From a virus (taxonomy: Duplodnaviria; Caudoviricetes), in the IMG/VR virus record IMGVR_UViG_3300043399_000339, positions 523 through 64,522 of that record: a stretch of 64,000 bases of DNA. One strand, written 5' to 3'. Shown here one piece after another: positions 1 to 8,092 of the stretch (the stretch's first letter is position 1; each line of letters starts with the position of its first letter). The notes beneath the pieces are model-generated. The model was not told the origin of the DNA and searched no databases. It saw only the letters and a program-made list of their open reading frames with translations. A program made the translations under genes and the position numbers.

Positions 1-1
1 C

Positions 2-454
2 AAAACCTATGGGTTTGACATAGACCTGAGACGTAAGTACTTCAGCCTGGGGTATTGCCAAAGTGACTACGCGTCATTCGAGGCATCCATTGACTTCCCT
101 GTCTGGATGACTAAGCACGGCTACGATCAAAAGTATCTAGCGTTGTTGTTAGATGTAAAGGAGTATGGGGGGAACTCTATATACCGCGGCCACCGAGCAT
201 GGGTGAACTTTGACTACCGCCCGGGGTACTGCAATCCTTCTGGCGTCTTTTCGGACCTGCCGGTCGAGGCATGGGACGCTCTTTGCGAAGAGCAGTGGGC
301 GGCCGAGAACTGGGAGCAGCTGCTGCTTGAGACCTGCAAAGCGTTGGAAGCCGACCTATACAGTAGGCTGCGTGATGAGTATGAGCACCTTACCAGTGAA
401 GATGCTTTCGTGGATAGTTGTATGGCTGATGAAATTGAATTCGACGAGGAGTAA
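2..454 (+). CDS. Conserved phage hypothetical protein, 5'-truncated by window edge
   Basis: Frame open from base 2 into ORF 107..454; C-terminal LY..L..EYE.LTS motif typical of a widespread phage early-protein family. Confidence 0.7.
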   Translation, partial: KTYGFDIDLRRKYFSLGYCQSDYASFEASIDFPVWMTKHGYDQKYLALLLDVKEYGGNSIYRGHRAWVNFDYRPGYCNPSGVFSDLPVEAWDALCEEQWAAENWEQLLLETCKALEADLYSRLRDEYEHLTSEDAFVDSCMADEIEFDEE

Positions 455-455
455 C

Positions 456-713
456 ATGAAATATATTGTCACGCTTGACGGCCGTAAGATGATCTTTACG
501 GATGCGCAGCTAACCACGCTTATTGATCTACTTGACGAGGTACCCATCCTCACGGAAGAATACATCGGTACAGGTAAAGGCGACGACGGAGGCGCGTACA
601 AACTACATATCCGAAAGCTCAAAGTGGAGAGCGATCTAACTGTTAGAACTATGTCCGATAACCGATACCAAGCACTTCTTCTCAAAACCAAACTGTACGA
701 CGAATCCAAATGA
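456..713 (+). CDS. Hypothetical protein
   Basis: ATG 456 after GAGGAG RBS; ATGA overlap with next gene. Confidence 0.7.
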   Translation: MKYIVTLDGRKMIFTDAQLTTLIDLLDEVPILTEEYIGTGKGDDGGAYKLHIRKLKVESDLTVRTMSDNRYQALLLKTKLYDESK

Positions 714-1600
714 ACACTGAACTCATCTCTGGCGTGGCACGCGCCGCAATGCTGGTCTCTTTCAACGTGTCCATGTACTCCGGCCGCAAGCAGGACAAGC
801 AAACGCAGGCCGAGGTGGTGCAGGCCAAGGGCAGTGGTTCCTCCCGAGCCGCGTCCGTCTACAAGTCGCTGTTTGCTGATTGCGCTGAGCTGGACAACAT
901 TGTAAAGTTTCAGGCTCGGGCCCGGGCCCGGCACTATCAGCTGACGCTGCCGTGGAATGATGGCGGCGCGCGTCTCCTCCCAACTGCGGCTCTCATGGAC
1001 TACAAAGCGGAAATGAACCGGTACTCGGACGAGTTTGACCTGCTGGTCAGCGCGTTCCTCGACAAGTACGACACCCTGGTCGCCGCGGCCGCGTTCAAGC
1101 TGGGCACGTTGTTCGACCGCGACGAATACCCGCTGCGCGACGAGGTGGCTCGCAAGTTCCGGTTCAATCTGGCATTCTCCCCCCTCCCTACGTCTGGCGA
1201 CTTCCGCCTGGACATTGAGCACGAGGTGCAGCAGGAACTTGCCAGCCAGTACGAGAAGCGCATGCACCAGCAGCTGGCGCAGGCACAGCAGGACGCGTGG
1301 GACCGGATGCATACGGCACTCAGCCGGCTCAAGGACCGGCTCACGCTCAACGAGGACGGCACCCGCCGTACGTTCCACGAGACCACGGTGACCAACGCGC
1401 AAGAGCTTTGCAGTGCGCTGACGTCGCTTAACGTCACCAACGACCCGCGTCTGGAGAGTGCCCGGCGCCAACTTGAGGAGGCCATGATCGGGGTCGACCC
1501 GAAGGAGCTGCGCAAAGAAGAGAGCGTGCGACTCCAGACCTTGCACAAGGTCAATTCCATCTTGGACGCATTTGATTGGGGCACTGCTGATGCAGACTGA
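710..1600 (+). CDS. DUF3150-like phage protein
   Basis: 296 aa; MLV..NVS.YSGRK.D and TLPW...G.RLLP motifs; this family usually co-occurs with AAA ATPase/vWA genes (present at 59-62 kb). Confidence 0.7.
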   Translation: MNTELISGVARAAMLVSFNVSMYSGRKQDKQTQAEVVQAKGSGSSRAASVYKSLFADCAELDNIVKFQARARARHYQLTLPWNDGGARLLPTAALMDYKAEMNRYSDEFDLLVSAFLDKYDTLVAAAAFKLGTLFDRDEYPLRDEVARKFRFNLAFSPLPTSGDFRLDIEHEVQQELASQYEKRMHQQLAQAQQDAWDRMHTALSRLKDRLTLNEDGTRRTFHETTVTNAQELCSALTSLNVTNDPRLESARRQLEEAMIGVDPKELRKEESVRLQTLHKVNSILDAFDWGTADAD

Positions 1601-1841
1601 AACTCCAACCACGCTGTGCCGGTATCAGTCGAACCACATCAAGTGGTACCTGAATACCTATGGCCCAGCAACCTATGTACACACTGCTGACGGCAAGCTA
1701 GGCACAGAGCCTGATTGGCTGAAGACTGTGATGAACGTAGCCAGAGCCGGTGGCAACTTAGTGTGCATGCCTGACGGGAACACAATGCTTATGTGGTTCT
1801 ACGTAGACAAAGACAAACAACTTGTGAGGTTCAAACTATGA
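1590..1841 (+). CDS. Hypothetical protein
   Basis: ORF tightly packed in operon. Confidence 0.55.
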   Translation: MQTETPTTLCRYQSNHIKWYLNTYGPATYVHTADGKLGTEPDWLKTVMNVARAGGNLVCMPDGNTMLMWFYVDKDKQLVRFKL

Positions 1842-2041
1842 TGAAAATTCTCAACCCATTCCGAAAGCCAAGCGCTGTGATGCTGGCACAGGCCGAGCTA
1901 GAAGAATCCGAGCGCCAGTTGCTCGGAGCGAAAGCCGCGCAGGAGTACGCCAAGAGCATGGCTACCTACCACGAGTCGAAGATCAAACGTCTCAAGGCAT
2001 ACATACGTGAGTGCCATGAGGATACCGAAGCAGCCGAATAA
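1838..2041 (+). CDS. Hypothetical coiled-coil protein
   Basis: ATGA overlap with upstream stop. Confidence 0.65.
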   Translation: MMKILNPFRKPSAVMLAQAELEESERQLLGAKAAQEYAKSMATYHESKIKRLKAYIRECHEDTEAAE

Positions 2042-2059
2042 CCAACTGGAGTAATCAAC

Positions 2060-2392
2060 ATGAAACGCATCATCACCGCCATCGCCTTCGCCCTGTCCAC
2101 TACGGTCACGTTCGCCGTTGAGCTTCCGTGTGAATCAATCGCAAGTACGGCCCGCACTGTCATGGACGCCCGCCAGAGCGGCGTGGCACTGAGCAAAGTG
2201 CTGGCTATCGTGGACCAGTATCCGGACACGAAGACGCTCATGCGCCAGATCGTTCTGGACGCCTACTCCAAGCCGCGCTACAGCAGCGAGGAGTTCCGCC
2301 TGCGTGAGACCGAGGAGTTCGGAAACACCTGGGAGATCGCCTGCCACAAGGCCAACAGCGCCCCGTCGAAGAAGGGAGCTAGCAATGTGTAA
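2060..2392 (+). CDS. Hypothetical exported protein
   Basis: GGAG RBS; N-terminal signal peptide MKRIITAIAFALSTTVTFA. Confidence 0.7.
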   Translation: MKRIITAIAFALSTTVTFAVELPCESIASTARTVMDARQSGVALSKVLAIVDQYPDTKTLMRQIVLDAYSKPRYSSEEFRLRETEEFGNTWEIACHKANSAPSKKGASNV

Positions 2393-2519
2393 CCGAGAGT
2401 GCCGCCAAGGGCGCGACTGCCACTGTGGCCCGCAGTCCAAGATCGTGAACGGCCTAGCTGCCCTGATCTGGCTCGTGTGCTTCTTTGCTGTCGTCTCCAT
2501 CCTGTGGGGGCTGTGGTGA
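2385..2519 (+). CDS. Small Cys-rich membrane protein
   Basis: MCNRECRQGRDC followed by one hydrophobic helix; GGGAG RBS. Confidence 0.55.
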   Translation: MCNRECRQGRDCHCGPQSKIVNGLAALIWLVCFFAVVSILWGLW

Positions 2520-2601
2520 CACTCTACGCCCACCCCGTTCCGGGGTGGCCATTCCCGCAATGGCTGCCCTACCCATACACAAAACCGTTAGAGGATGCAC
2601 C

Positions 2602-3183
2602 ATGGTGAACCCAATACTGACCGATGACGAGCTTATCGACGCAATTCGCAAAGCGGGGCTTCGAGTGATCGGACCTCACAAAAGTCTTTCACGCGCAGTC
2701 GAAGCGGCTGTGCTGGCCAAGCTGGCGCGGCAGGCCGACCGCCAGCGAGTGCCGGCTGAGGACAGCCCCGCAGTCTGTGATGCCTACGAGCGTATCGACC
2801 GCTTCCTCAGAAACAACCTTGGGGATGAGGATTACGCCGACTACTCGCACGATCTTGACTTGCTCGTCGCCGCCCCCGAAGCGCCAGCGCAGGCCAGCGC
2901 AGTAGATGACGACTACAAGGGTTGGTACTGCGCCCACTGCCAGCGAGGTGTTGACGCACGGGAAGTCACGTACAGCGAGCAGCACGAGGCATGCGGTCGG
3001 TTCATTACGCACGACAGACCGCCAAAGGTCGAGGCCAGCGCAGTGGATGAGCGCGCAGCGTTTGCGGCGTGGGTGGCGGATTACGCGCTACGTCACGAGC
3101 CGAACTACAGCAAGGCCACGGAAGACGACTGTTGGGCCGCATGGCAAGCCCGCGCCGCGCTGGCGCAGAAGGGCGGCAAATGA
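2602..3183 (+). CDS. Modular hypothetical protein with internal Zn-ribbon
   Basis: GAGGA RBS; CxxC...HxxC module flanked by a duplicated ASAVD linker. Confidence 0.65.
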   Translation: MVNPILTDDELIDAIRKAGLRVIGPHKSLSRAVEAAVLAKLARQADRQRVPAEDSPAVCDAYERIDRFLRNNLGDEDYADYSHDLDLLVAAPEAPAQASAVDDDYKGWYCAHCQRGVDAREVTYSEQHEACGRFITHDRPPKVEASAVDERAAFAAWVADYALRHEPNYSKATEDDCWAAWQARAALAQKGGK

Positions 3184-3428
3184 GCCGCGACGAGATCATC
3201 AATATGGCGCGGGAATCTGGCCTTGTCAGCGATTCCTACGTTTATGACAGTACAGACGAAGCTGACTGGAAAGACATTGAACGCTTCGCCGCCCTGGTGG
3301 CCGCAGCAGAGCGCGAGGCGTGCGCGCAGGTGCTTAATGAGAACGCCAAGCTGTGCGTGAGGAACAAACTGCTACGCGAAATCCTTGAGGCAAACGCCGA
3401 CGCCATCCGTGCACGAGGTGCAGCATGA
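3180..3428 (+). CDS. Hypothetical protein
   Basis: ERFAALVAAAEREACA..AIRARG motif common in small phage genes; ATGA overlaps. Confidence 0.7.
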   Translation: MSRDEIINMARESGLVSDSYVYDSTDEADWKDIERFAALVAAAEREACAQVLNENAKLCVRNKLLREILEANADAIRARGAA

Positions 3429-3697
3429 GCAATCAACCTGAAGCCCTGCGGTGGGCTGATGTTTTGGTGCGCGATGTGGGCAACCAACTGGTCAACAGAA
3501 AGCAAGCCGCCGCCGAACTGCGCCGCCTGCACGCAGAAGTTGAGGCAAGCGACCGCAACCTGTGCGATCTGACCGACAACCTGATCAAAGCCGTTGCATT
3601 GCTGCGGCAGGCCCATGAAGCCCTGGAAACCGACGACTGGCAGAAGAAGTTGCAGGCCAGCATTGACATCAAGAAGCACTTGGAGAGTGGCACATGA
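3425..3697 (+). CDS. Hypothetical protein
   Basis: PEALR.AD...AAAELRRLHAE motif. Confidence 0.7.
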   Translation: MSNQPEALRWADVLVRDVGNQLVNRKQAAAELRRLHAEVEASDRNLCDLTDNLIKAVALLRQAHEALETDDWQKKLQASIDIKKHLESGT

Positions 3698-3806
3698 CGG
3701 AGATTGAGAAAGTCTCATGCTGGTTGAGGATTTTGTTGTACTTGCTGCTCGCTGTTACGTGGTTTCACGTCGGGCTTTTTGTTTTTCTATTCGTTAAGGG
3801 GCAGAT

Positions 3807-4085
3807 ATGACAAAAGACAACGAAGCCGAACTGCGCCGCCTGCACGCCGAGAATAAAGAACTGCGTGAAGCCAACGAAGCCTTCGGAAAACGCCAAGAGT
3901 GGTGGAACAGCAGGATGGCAAACATGGAAGCAGAGAACGAGGCCAAGGACGTCCTGCTGCGGCAGGCGTGGGCTGTCATTAGGTGGCAGTGCTTCGGAGA
4001 GTGCAGAACGGATGGAGTCGAAGGGCTACCAACCCCAAGTGAAATCGACGCCGCTATTCGCCAACACCTAAAGGAAACCAAATGA
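3807..4085 (+). CDS. Hypothetical protein
   Basis: Shares AELRRLHAE/LLRQA modules with 3425..3697. Confidence 0.65.
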   Translation: MTKDNEAELRRLHAENKELREANEAFGKRQEWWNSRMANMEAENEAKDVLLRQAWAVIRWQCFGECRTDGVEGLPTPSEIDAAIRQHLKETK

Positions 4086-4564
4086 GAAAACGAAGCAAGT
4101 ACAGACCCAAGCCTCAGTATGTCAACCCAGTGGCTGCCGTTGTCGAGAAGCTCACCCCTGTGACTGAGCACGATACGGAGTTCGCGAGTGGCGTACAGCT
4201 CAAGAACCACGCGGCCATGACTGCGCTCATTCAGGGGCATGCAACACGCAAGGACATGGACATCCTGATCGCGGTGTACAACATCATGGAGGCGCTGCGG
4301 ATCAACGAGGTGTGCGCCCCTCTGAAGGAAGAGGTCAAAGCCGCAGGCGTTGCGCTGGAGTCCCTGGCGCACCGCGCGGCCCGCACGGGGCGCTTCGTCC
4401 CTGCAGGGCCTGAGATCAAAGCCCTGAACCTGCTGCTGGAGCTGCACGACGAGATCATGCCCGGGGTCACTGTCCAGATGCTGGACGACGCCTTGAGCAC
4501 CGCGCGCCGCCTGGAGCCCACAGCACGCAGACTGCCTACATACAAACCGGAGGTGACCGCATGA
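4082..4564 (+). CDS. Hypothetical protein
   Basis: MRKRSKYRPK start; operon packing. Confidence 0.7.
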   Translation: MRKRSKYRPKPQYVNPVAAVVEKLTPVTEHDTEFASGVQLKNHAAMTALIQGHATRKDMDILIAVYNIMEALRINEVCAPLKEEVKAAGVALESLAHRAARTGRFVPAGPEIKALNLLLELHDEIMPGVTVQMLDDALSTARRLEPTARRLPTYKPEVTA

Positions 4565-4809
4565 GCGACAGAGACCCTATCTGGGACGCAATGAAGCAGC
4601 GCAGCAAAGCCAAATTCGATTCTGATCGGCAGATGTTTCTAGCGAACGCAATTGCTGACGACGATGGCGGGTGGACTAAGCATACGGAGTGGCACTGGTC
4701 CCGCACCGTGCATGGAGAGCGGCTTGACTACTGGCCTAGCCGGAAAAAGTTTCAGTGGAGGAACAAGGTCATGCGGGGCGACGTAATGAAAATAGTGCGG
4801 GGCGAATAA
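4561..4809 (+). CDS. Hypothetical protein
   Basis: GGAGG RBS; LDYWPS motif. Confidence 0.7.
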   Translation: MSDRDPIWDAMKQRSKAKFDSDRQMFLANAIADDDGGWTKHTEWHWSRTVHGERLDYWPSRKKFQWRNKVMRGDVMKIVRGE

Positions 4810-5105
4810 TGAACACCATCGCCAAACTCACCATCACCCGCAGCGGGTATCTGATCGAGCTCACCGAGCTAGGCAAGCAGCTTGCGCCCGGAGAATACGA
4901 GCTTGTTCCAGTGCAGCAGGAGCCTGCGGCGTGGATTCTCAGGTCTGGAAGAGCGCGCTGGGTGGAGCTTGAAGACCCTGCCGCGGCCTCTGCCCTGCCA
5001 AAAGGGACAACGGCTATCCCGCTGTATACCCACCAAGCTACGCCCAAATTCACAAATCCCAACAAGGAGGAGGCCGATGCGCCGACCGAGACACGCCGTG
5101 ACTGA
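4809..5105 (+). CDS. Hypothetical protein
   Basis: QQEPAAW...IPLYT module typical of phage early genes; TAATG overlap. Confidence 0.6.
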   Translation: MNTIAKLTITRSGYLIELTELGKQLAPGEYELVPVQQEPAAWILRSGRARWVELEDPAAASALPKGTTAIPLYTHQATPKFTNPNKEEADAPTETRRD

Positions 5106-5475
5106 CGCCCTGCTGGCTACCCTGCAGGAGTTCGGGCCCATGACTTCTTTGGAGGTCTGGGAGCACAACAAAGACATCCCCCGTGCCGACCTGCGCAAGG
5201 CGCTGGCGCGTCTGGCTGAGCCAACCAAGCAGGCCCCACAGCGAGTGCACATCAGCGGGTGGACCCGCGACGCCGAGGGGTACCGCACCTACCTGCGCCC
5301 GATCTATTCCGCGGGCCCGGGTGACAACGCAGAGCGGCCGCCGGCCATCACCCGCACCGAGATCGCACGCAACTGGCAGCGCAAGCGCAGGACCAAAATC
5401 CGAACGAACTTCGTGTTCAATCTCGGCACGCCGCTCGACGTGCTTACCATGAAGCGCCTTGGGGGTGGGGTGTGA
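5077..5475 (+). CDS. Winged-helix-like protein (paralog 1)
   Basis: AGGAGG RBS; LQEFGPMT..E; aligns by eye with 5678..6070. Confidence 0.65.
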   Translation: MRRPRHAVTDALLATLQEFGPMTSLEVWEHNKDIPRADLRKALARLAEPTKQAPQRVHISGWTRDAEGYRTYLRPIYSAGPGDNAERPPAITRTEIARNWQRKRRTKIRTNFVFNLGTPLDVLTMKRLGGGV

Positions 5476-5677
5476 GGCTCTGCCCACTATGCTCTTGCCG
5501 CAAGCCATTCCCCGGGCCCGGCTGGGTCATTCGGCGCGTCAACAACCTGCGGACATGGGTCTGCGACGCCCACAAGTTAAGGAGCTAACGTGTACGAGTT
5601 TCTGTGGTTCGCCGGCGGGTTTGCATCCGGCCTTGGGTTCGTCGCCCTAGTTGTCCATTACATCCTCAAGTCGTTCC

Positions 5678-6070
5678 ATGACTGACAAAAAACCATACGG
5701 GTACTACCCGGCGCAGATCGAACGGTATCTGCAGGATTTCGGGCCCACCACGCCCACCGAGCTGGCGCGTGCATTCGGGACAGAAGTCCGCACCATATCT
5801 AGCATCCTGTGCCGCATGAAGACCGAGACCCCGCAGTGCCGCAAGCGGGTCTACATCGCCGACTGGGTCTATGATCTGGAAGGCGCGCGCCGGTACCCCC
5901 GGCCGCGGTTCGCGCTTGGCAACGCACCCGATGCACAGCGCCCGAAGGCCAGCCCCAGGCTGAACAAGCAGCGATGGGCTGAAAACAAACGTGCACGGCT
6001 AACACAGAACTTCGTGTTTAACCTAGCCCTGCGTCCTAACGTGTACCACAAAGCAAATCATGAGCATTGA
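5678..6070 (+). CDS. Winged-helix-like protein (paralog 2)
   Basis: LQDFGPTTPTELARAFG HTH-like; shared RV.I..W..D.EG.R.Y.RP and NFVFNL. Confidence 0.7.
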   Translation: MTDKKPYGYYPAQIERYLQDFGPTTPTELARAFGTEVRTISSILCRMKTETPQCRKRVYIADWVYDLEGARRYPRPRFALGNAPDAQRPKASPRLNKQRWAENKRARLTQNFVFNLALRPNVYHKANHEH

Positions 6071-6500
6071 CAGCATTGAACTCTGGCACAAGCGTGCGCG
6101 CCCAACCCCGACCGACCGGGATTTTCAGACTCAGTTAGGTTGCCATCTCGAAGAGTTAGTCGAGATGTTAGTATGCCTGCGCGGCACAGACGCTGCAGAC
6201 ACCGCTTGGCTGGACAGCCTTGCTAACAAAGCCGAGCTGGTGGCGAGTGGCCTGAAGAGCGGAAGCATCCGGGTCTCCATCGTTGACCGCGACGGGTTCC
6301 TCGACTCGCTTGCCGATCAGATCGTGACCGCCGTCGGCACGGGTCACTGCGCTGACATGCAGACCGCCACTGCCGTTCAGCGGGTCAATGAGTCAAACTG
6401 GACAAAGTTCGACGAGAATGGACAGCCCACGTTCGACGCCAATGGCAAGATCATGAAGCCCGCTACGTACCGCGCACCAAACCTAGAAGGACTTTACTGA
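6060..6500 (+). CDS. MazG-like/PRA-PH nucleoside triphosphate pyrophosphohydrolase
   Basis: EELVE...DSLADQIVT..G...V.ESNWTK...GKIMKP..Y..PNL. Confidence 0.8.
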   Translation: MSIDSIELWHKRARPTPTDRDFQTQLGCHLEELVEMLVCLRGTDAADTAWLDSLANKAELVASGLKSGSIRVSIVDRDGFLDSLADQIVTAVGTGHCADMQTATAVQRVNESNWTKFDENGQPTFDANGKIMKPATYRAPNLEGLY

Positions 6501-6501
6501 T

Positions 6502-6753
6502 ATGGCTAACCCGTTAGATGTTCAAGTGGCTGGCGGCCACTACAAAGGCAAGCGTATCCAACCCGTCGAGTACATCTCGGCTAACAACCTAAACTTCCTT
6601 GAGGGCTGCATCGTCAAGCGGATTACCCGCTGGCGTGACAAGCCTGCCGAACACCGTTTCCAAGACCTTGAGAAGATCAAGCACGAAGTCGACCTGTTGA
6701 TAGAGATGGAGAAGCGGTATGGCAACGACGCCGGAAGCCAAAGTAAAAGCTAA
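6502..6753 (+). CDS. DUF3310 (SaV-like) putative nucleotide kinase
   Basis: QVAGGHYK...IQPVE...F.EG..VK.I.R...DLEK..H. Confidence 0.85.
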   Translation: MANPLDVQVAGGHYKGKRIQPVEYISANNLNFLEGCIVKRITRWRDKPAEHRFQDLEKIKHEVDLLIEMEKRYGNDAGSQSKS

Positions 6754-7093
6754 GGTGCACGCAGCCCTCAAGGCTGCTGGTGCATATAGTGTCAACTATA
6801 TAGGTGGAATGTACGCCGCCAACGGTACGCCAGACATTCTGGCGTGCCTGCACGGCAGGTTCGTTGCCATCGAGGCCAAGGCCGGCAAGAATAAGCCCAC
6901 CGCCCTGCAGATTCAGGCGCTTCGGAAAATCGACGCCGCGGGCGGGCTTGCGCTGGTCATCAACGAGACCGGCTTGGACTACCTGACGGAGTGCCTCAAT
7001 GACATCCAAAACGCCCGATCCAATTACCACCTTCATTGCACAGCATCAACGAAAGCCCTCCTCGGAGGAGCTGGAGAGAGCGAAGACTCTTGA
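6719..7093 (+). CDS. VRR-NUC nuclease / Holliday junction resolvase
   Basis: PEAKVK...GTPDILAC..GRFVAIEAKA...PTALQ...AGG. Confidence 0.88.
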   Translation: MATTPEAKVKAKVHAALKAAGAYSVNYIGGMYAANGTPDILACLHGRFVAIEAKAGKNKPTALQIQALRKIDAAGGLALVINETGLDYLTECLNDIQNARSNYHLHCTASTKALLGGAGESEDS

Positions 7094-7146
7094 GCGCCGA
7101 CGCAAGCGCTACGCCAAAAAGACCAACCTCAACTGGAGAGATGTAG

Positions 7147-7551
7147 ATGACGACCGAGACCGAGATTTCCGCATTCACGACCCTGCTGATTACACGTCTC
7201 CAAACAACCTTCGATGATTTCGTGGCGCCTAAAGGAAAGCTGGGCCCGCTGCTGCGCGGGCTAGAGGCCGTGCGCAACGGAAACCCCCCTCCCGCCCCGT
7301 TTTCCCTGCTTCCGAAGCACGAGCTAGAGGCGATCAAAGCCGCGTACAACAAGGCACTGCTGGCCCAGTTCGAGGTGCAACTCGTGCGGGTACTGGCTGG
7401 GGACCTGCCACAGTGGAAAGACCCAGTATCACCGGATACGGCCAACTTGCTTAGCCGCTACGAGGAGGTTGACTATGTAGGGCTGATGCGGGCAAAACAG
7501 ATGATGACCGACTACGCTAGGCAAGCTGGCCTTATGGGAAAGCAGTTCTGA
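7147..7551 (+). CDS. Hypothetical protein
   Basis: 134-aa ORF with GGAGA upstream. Confidence 0.55.
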   Translation: MTTETEISAFTTLLITRLQTTFDDFVAPKGKLGPLLRGLEAVRNGNPPPAPFSLLPKHELEAIKAAYNKALLAQFEVQLVRVLAGDLPQWKDPVSPDTANLLSRYEEVDYVGLMRAKQMMTDYARQAGLMGKQF

Positions 7552-7585
7552 TGCCGGGTATTACTATTCTTATAGAACCCTAACT

Positions 7586-8092
7586 ATGAGTGCTAAAAAT
7601 ACCGAAGCAACTTTTTGGGCTCGTGTCAACCGTGGCGCCCCATACGATTGCTGGGAGTGGGAAGGCGCGATAACTAGCAGCGGATATGGGAATACCTCTT
7701 GGCATGGAGCTAGGGTGCAAGCGCACCGACTAGCCTACTTTTTGGCTGTCGGGGGTATCGAGTTGAAGACTGGATTTAGGGACGCCGGGGTCGCAAAGGA
7801 GTATCAGAAATTTGTGCTGCACAGATGCGATAACCGACGGTGCTGCAATCCGGCACATTTGTTCCTCGGGTCTATGCGGGATAACCAAATAGACGCTTAC
7901 TCTAAGGGTAGGAGGGAGCAGCCTAAGAGCATGCACGTAAACGCCAAAATACCAGCTGCAGAAGTGTCCCGCATTAGGAGTAGGTACAAGGAGGGCGGTA
8001 TAACGCAGAAGGCGCTAGCCTCTGAATACTCAGTGTCGCAGGTATCCATCAGTTTGATACTCCGCAGAAAAACCTACAAGGACGTAGAGTAA
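7586..8092 (+). CDS. Freestanding HNH homing endonuclease
   Basis: CWEW.G...GYG...AHR.AY...LHRCDNRRCCNPAHL..G...DN; C-terminal HTH; more AT-rich than neighbours. Confidence 0.9.
   Translation: MSAKNTEATFWARVNRGAPYDCWEWEGAITSSGYGNTSWHGARVQAHRLAYFLAVGGIELKTGFRDAGVAKEYQKFVLHRCDNRRCCNPAHLFLGSMRDNQIDAYSKGRREQPKSMHVNAKIPAAEVSRIRSRYKEGGITQKALASEYSVSQVSISLILRRKTYKDVE

Noticed and set aside
6999-7217. 72-aa ORF bridging VRR-NUC and 7147
   Set aside because: It overlaps both neighbours extensively and has no motif; it cannot be supported, though it is not excluded.
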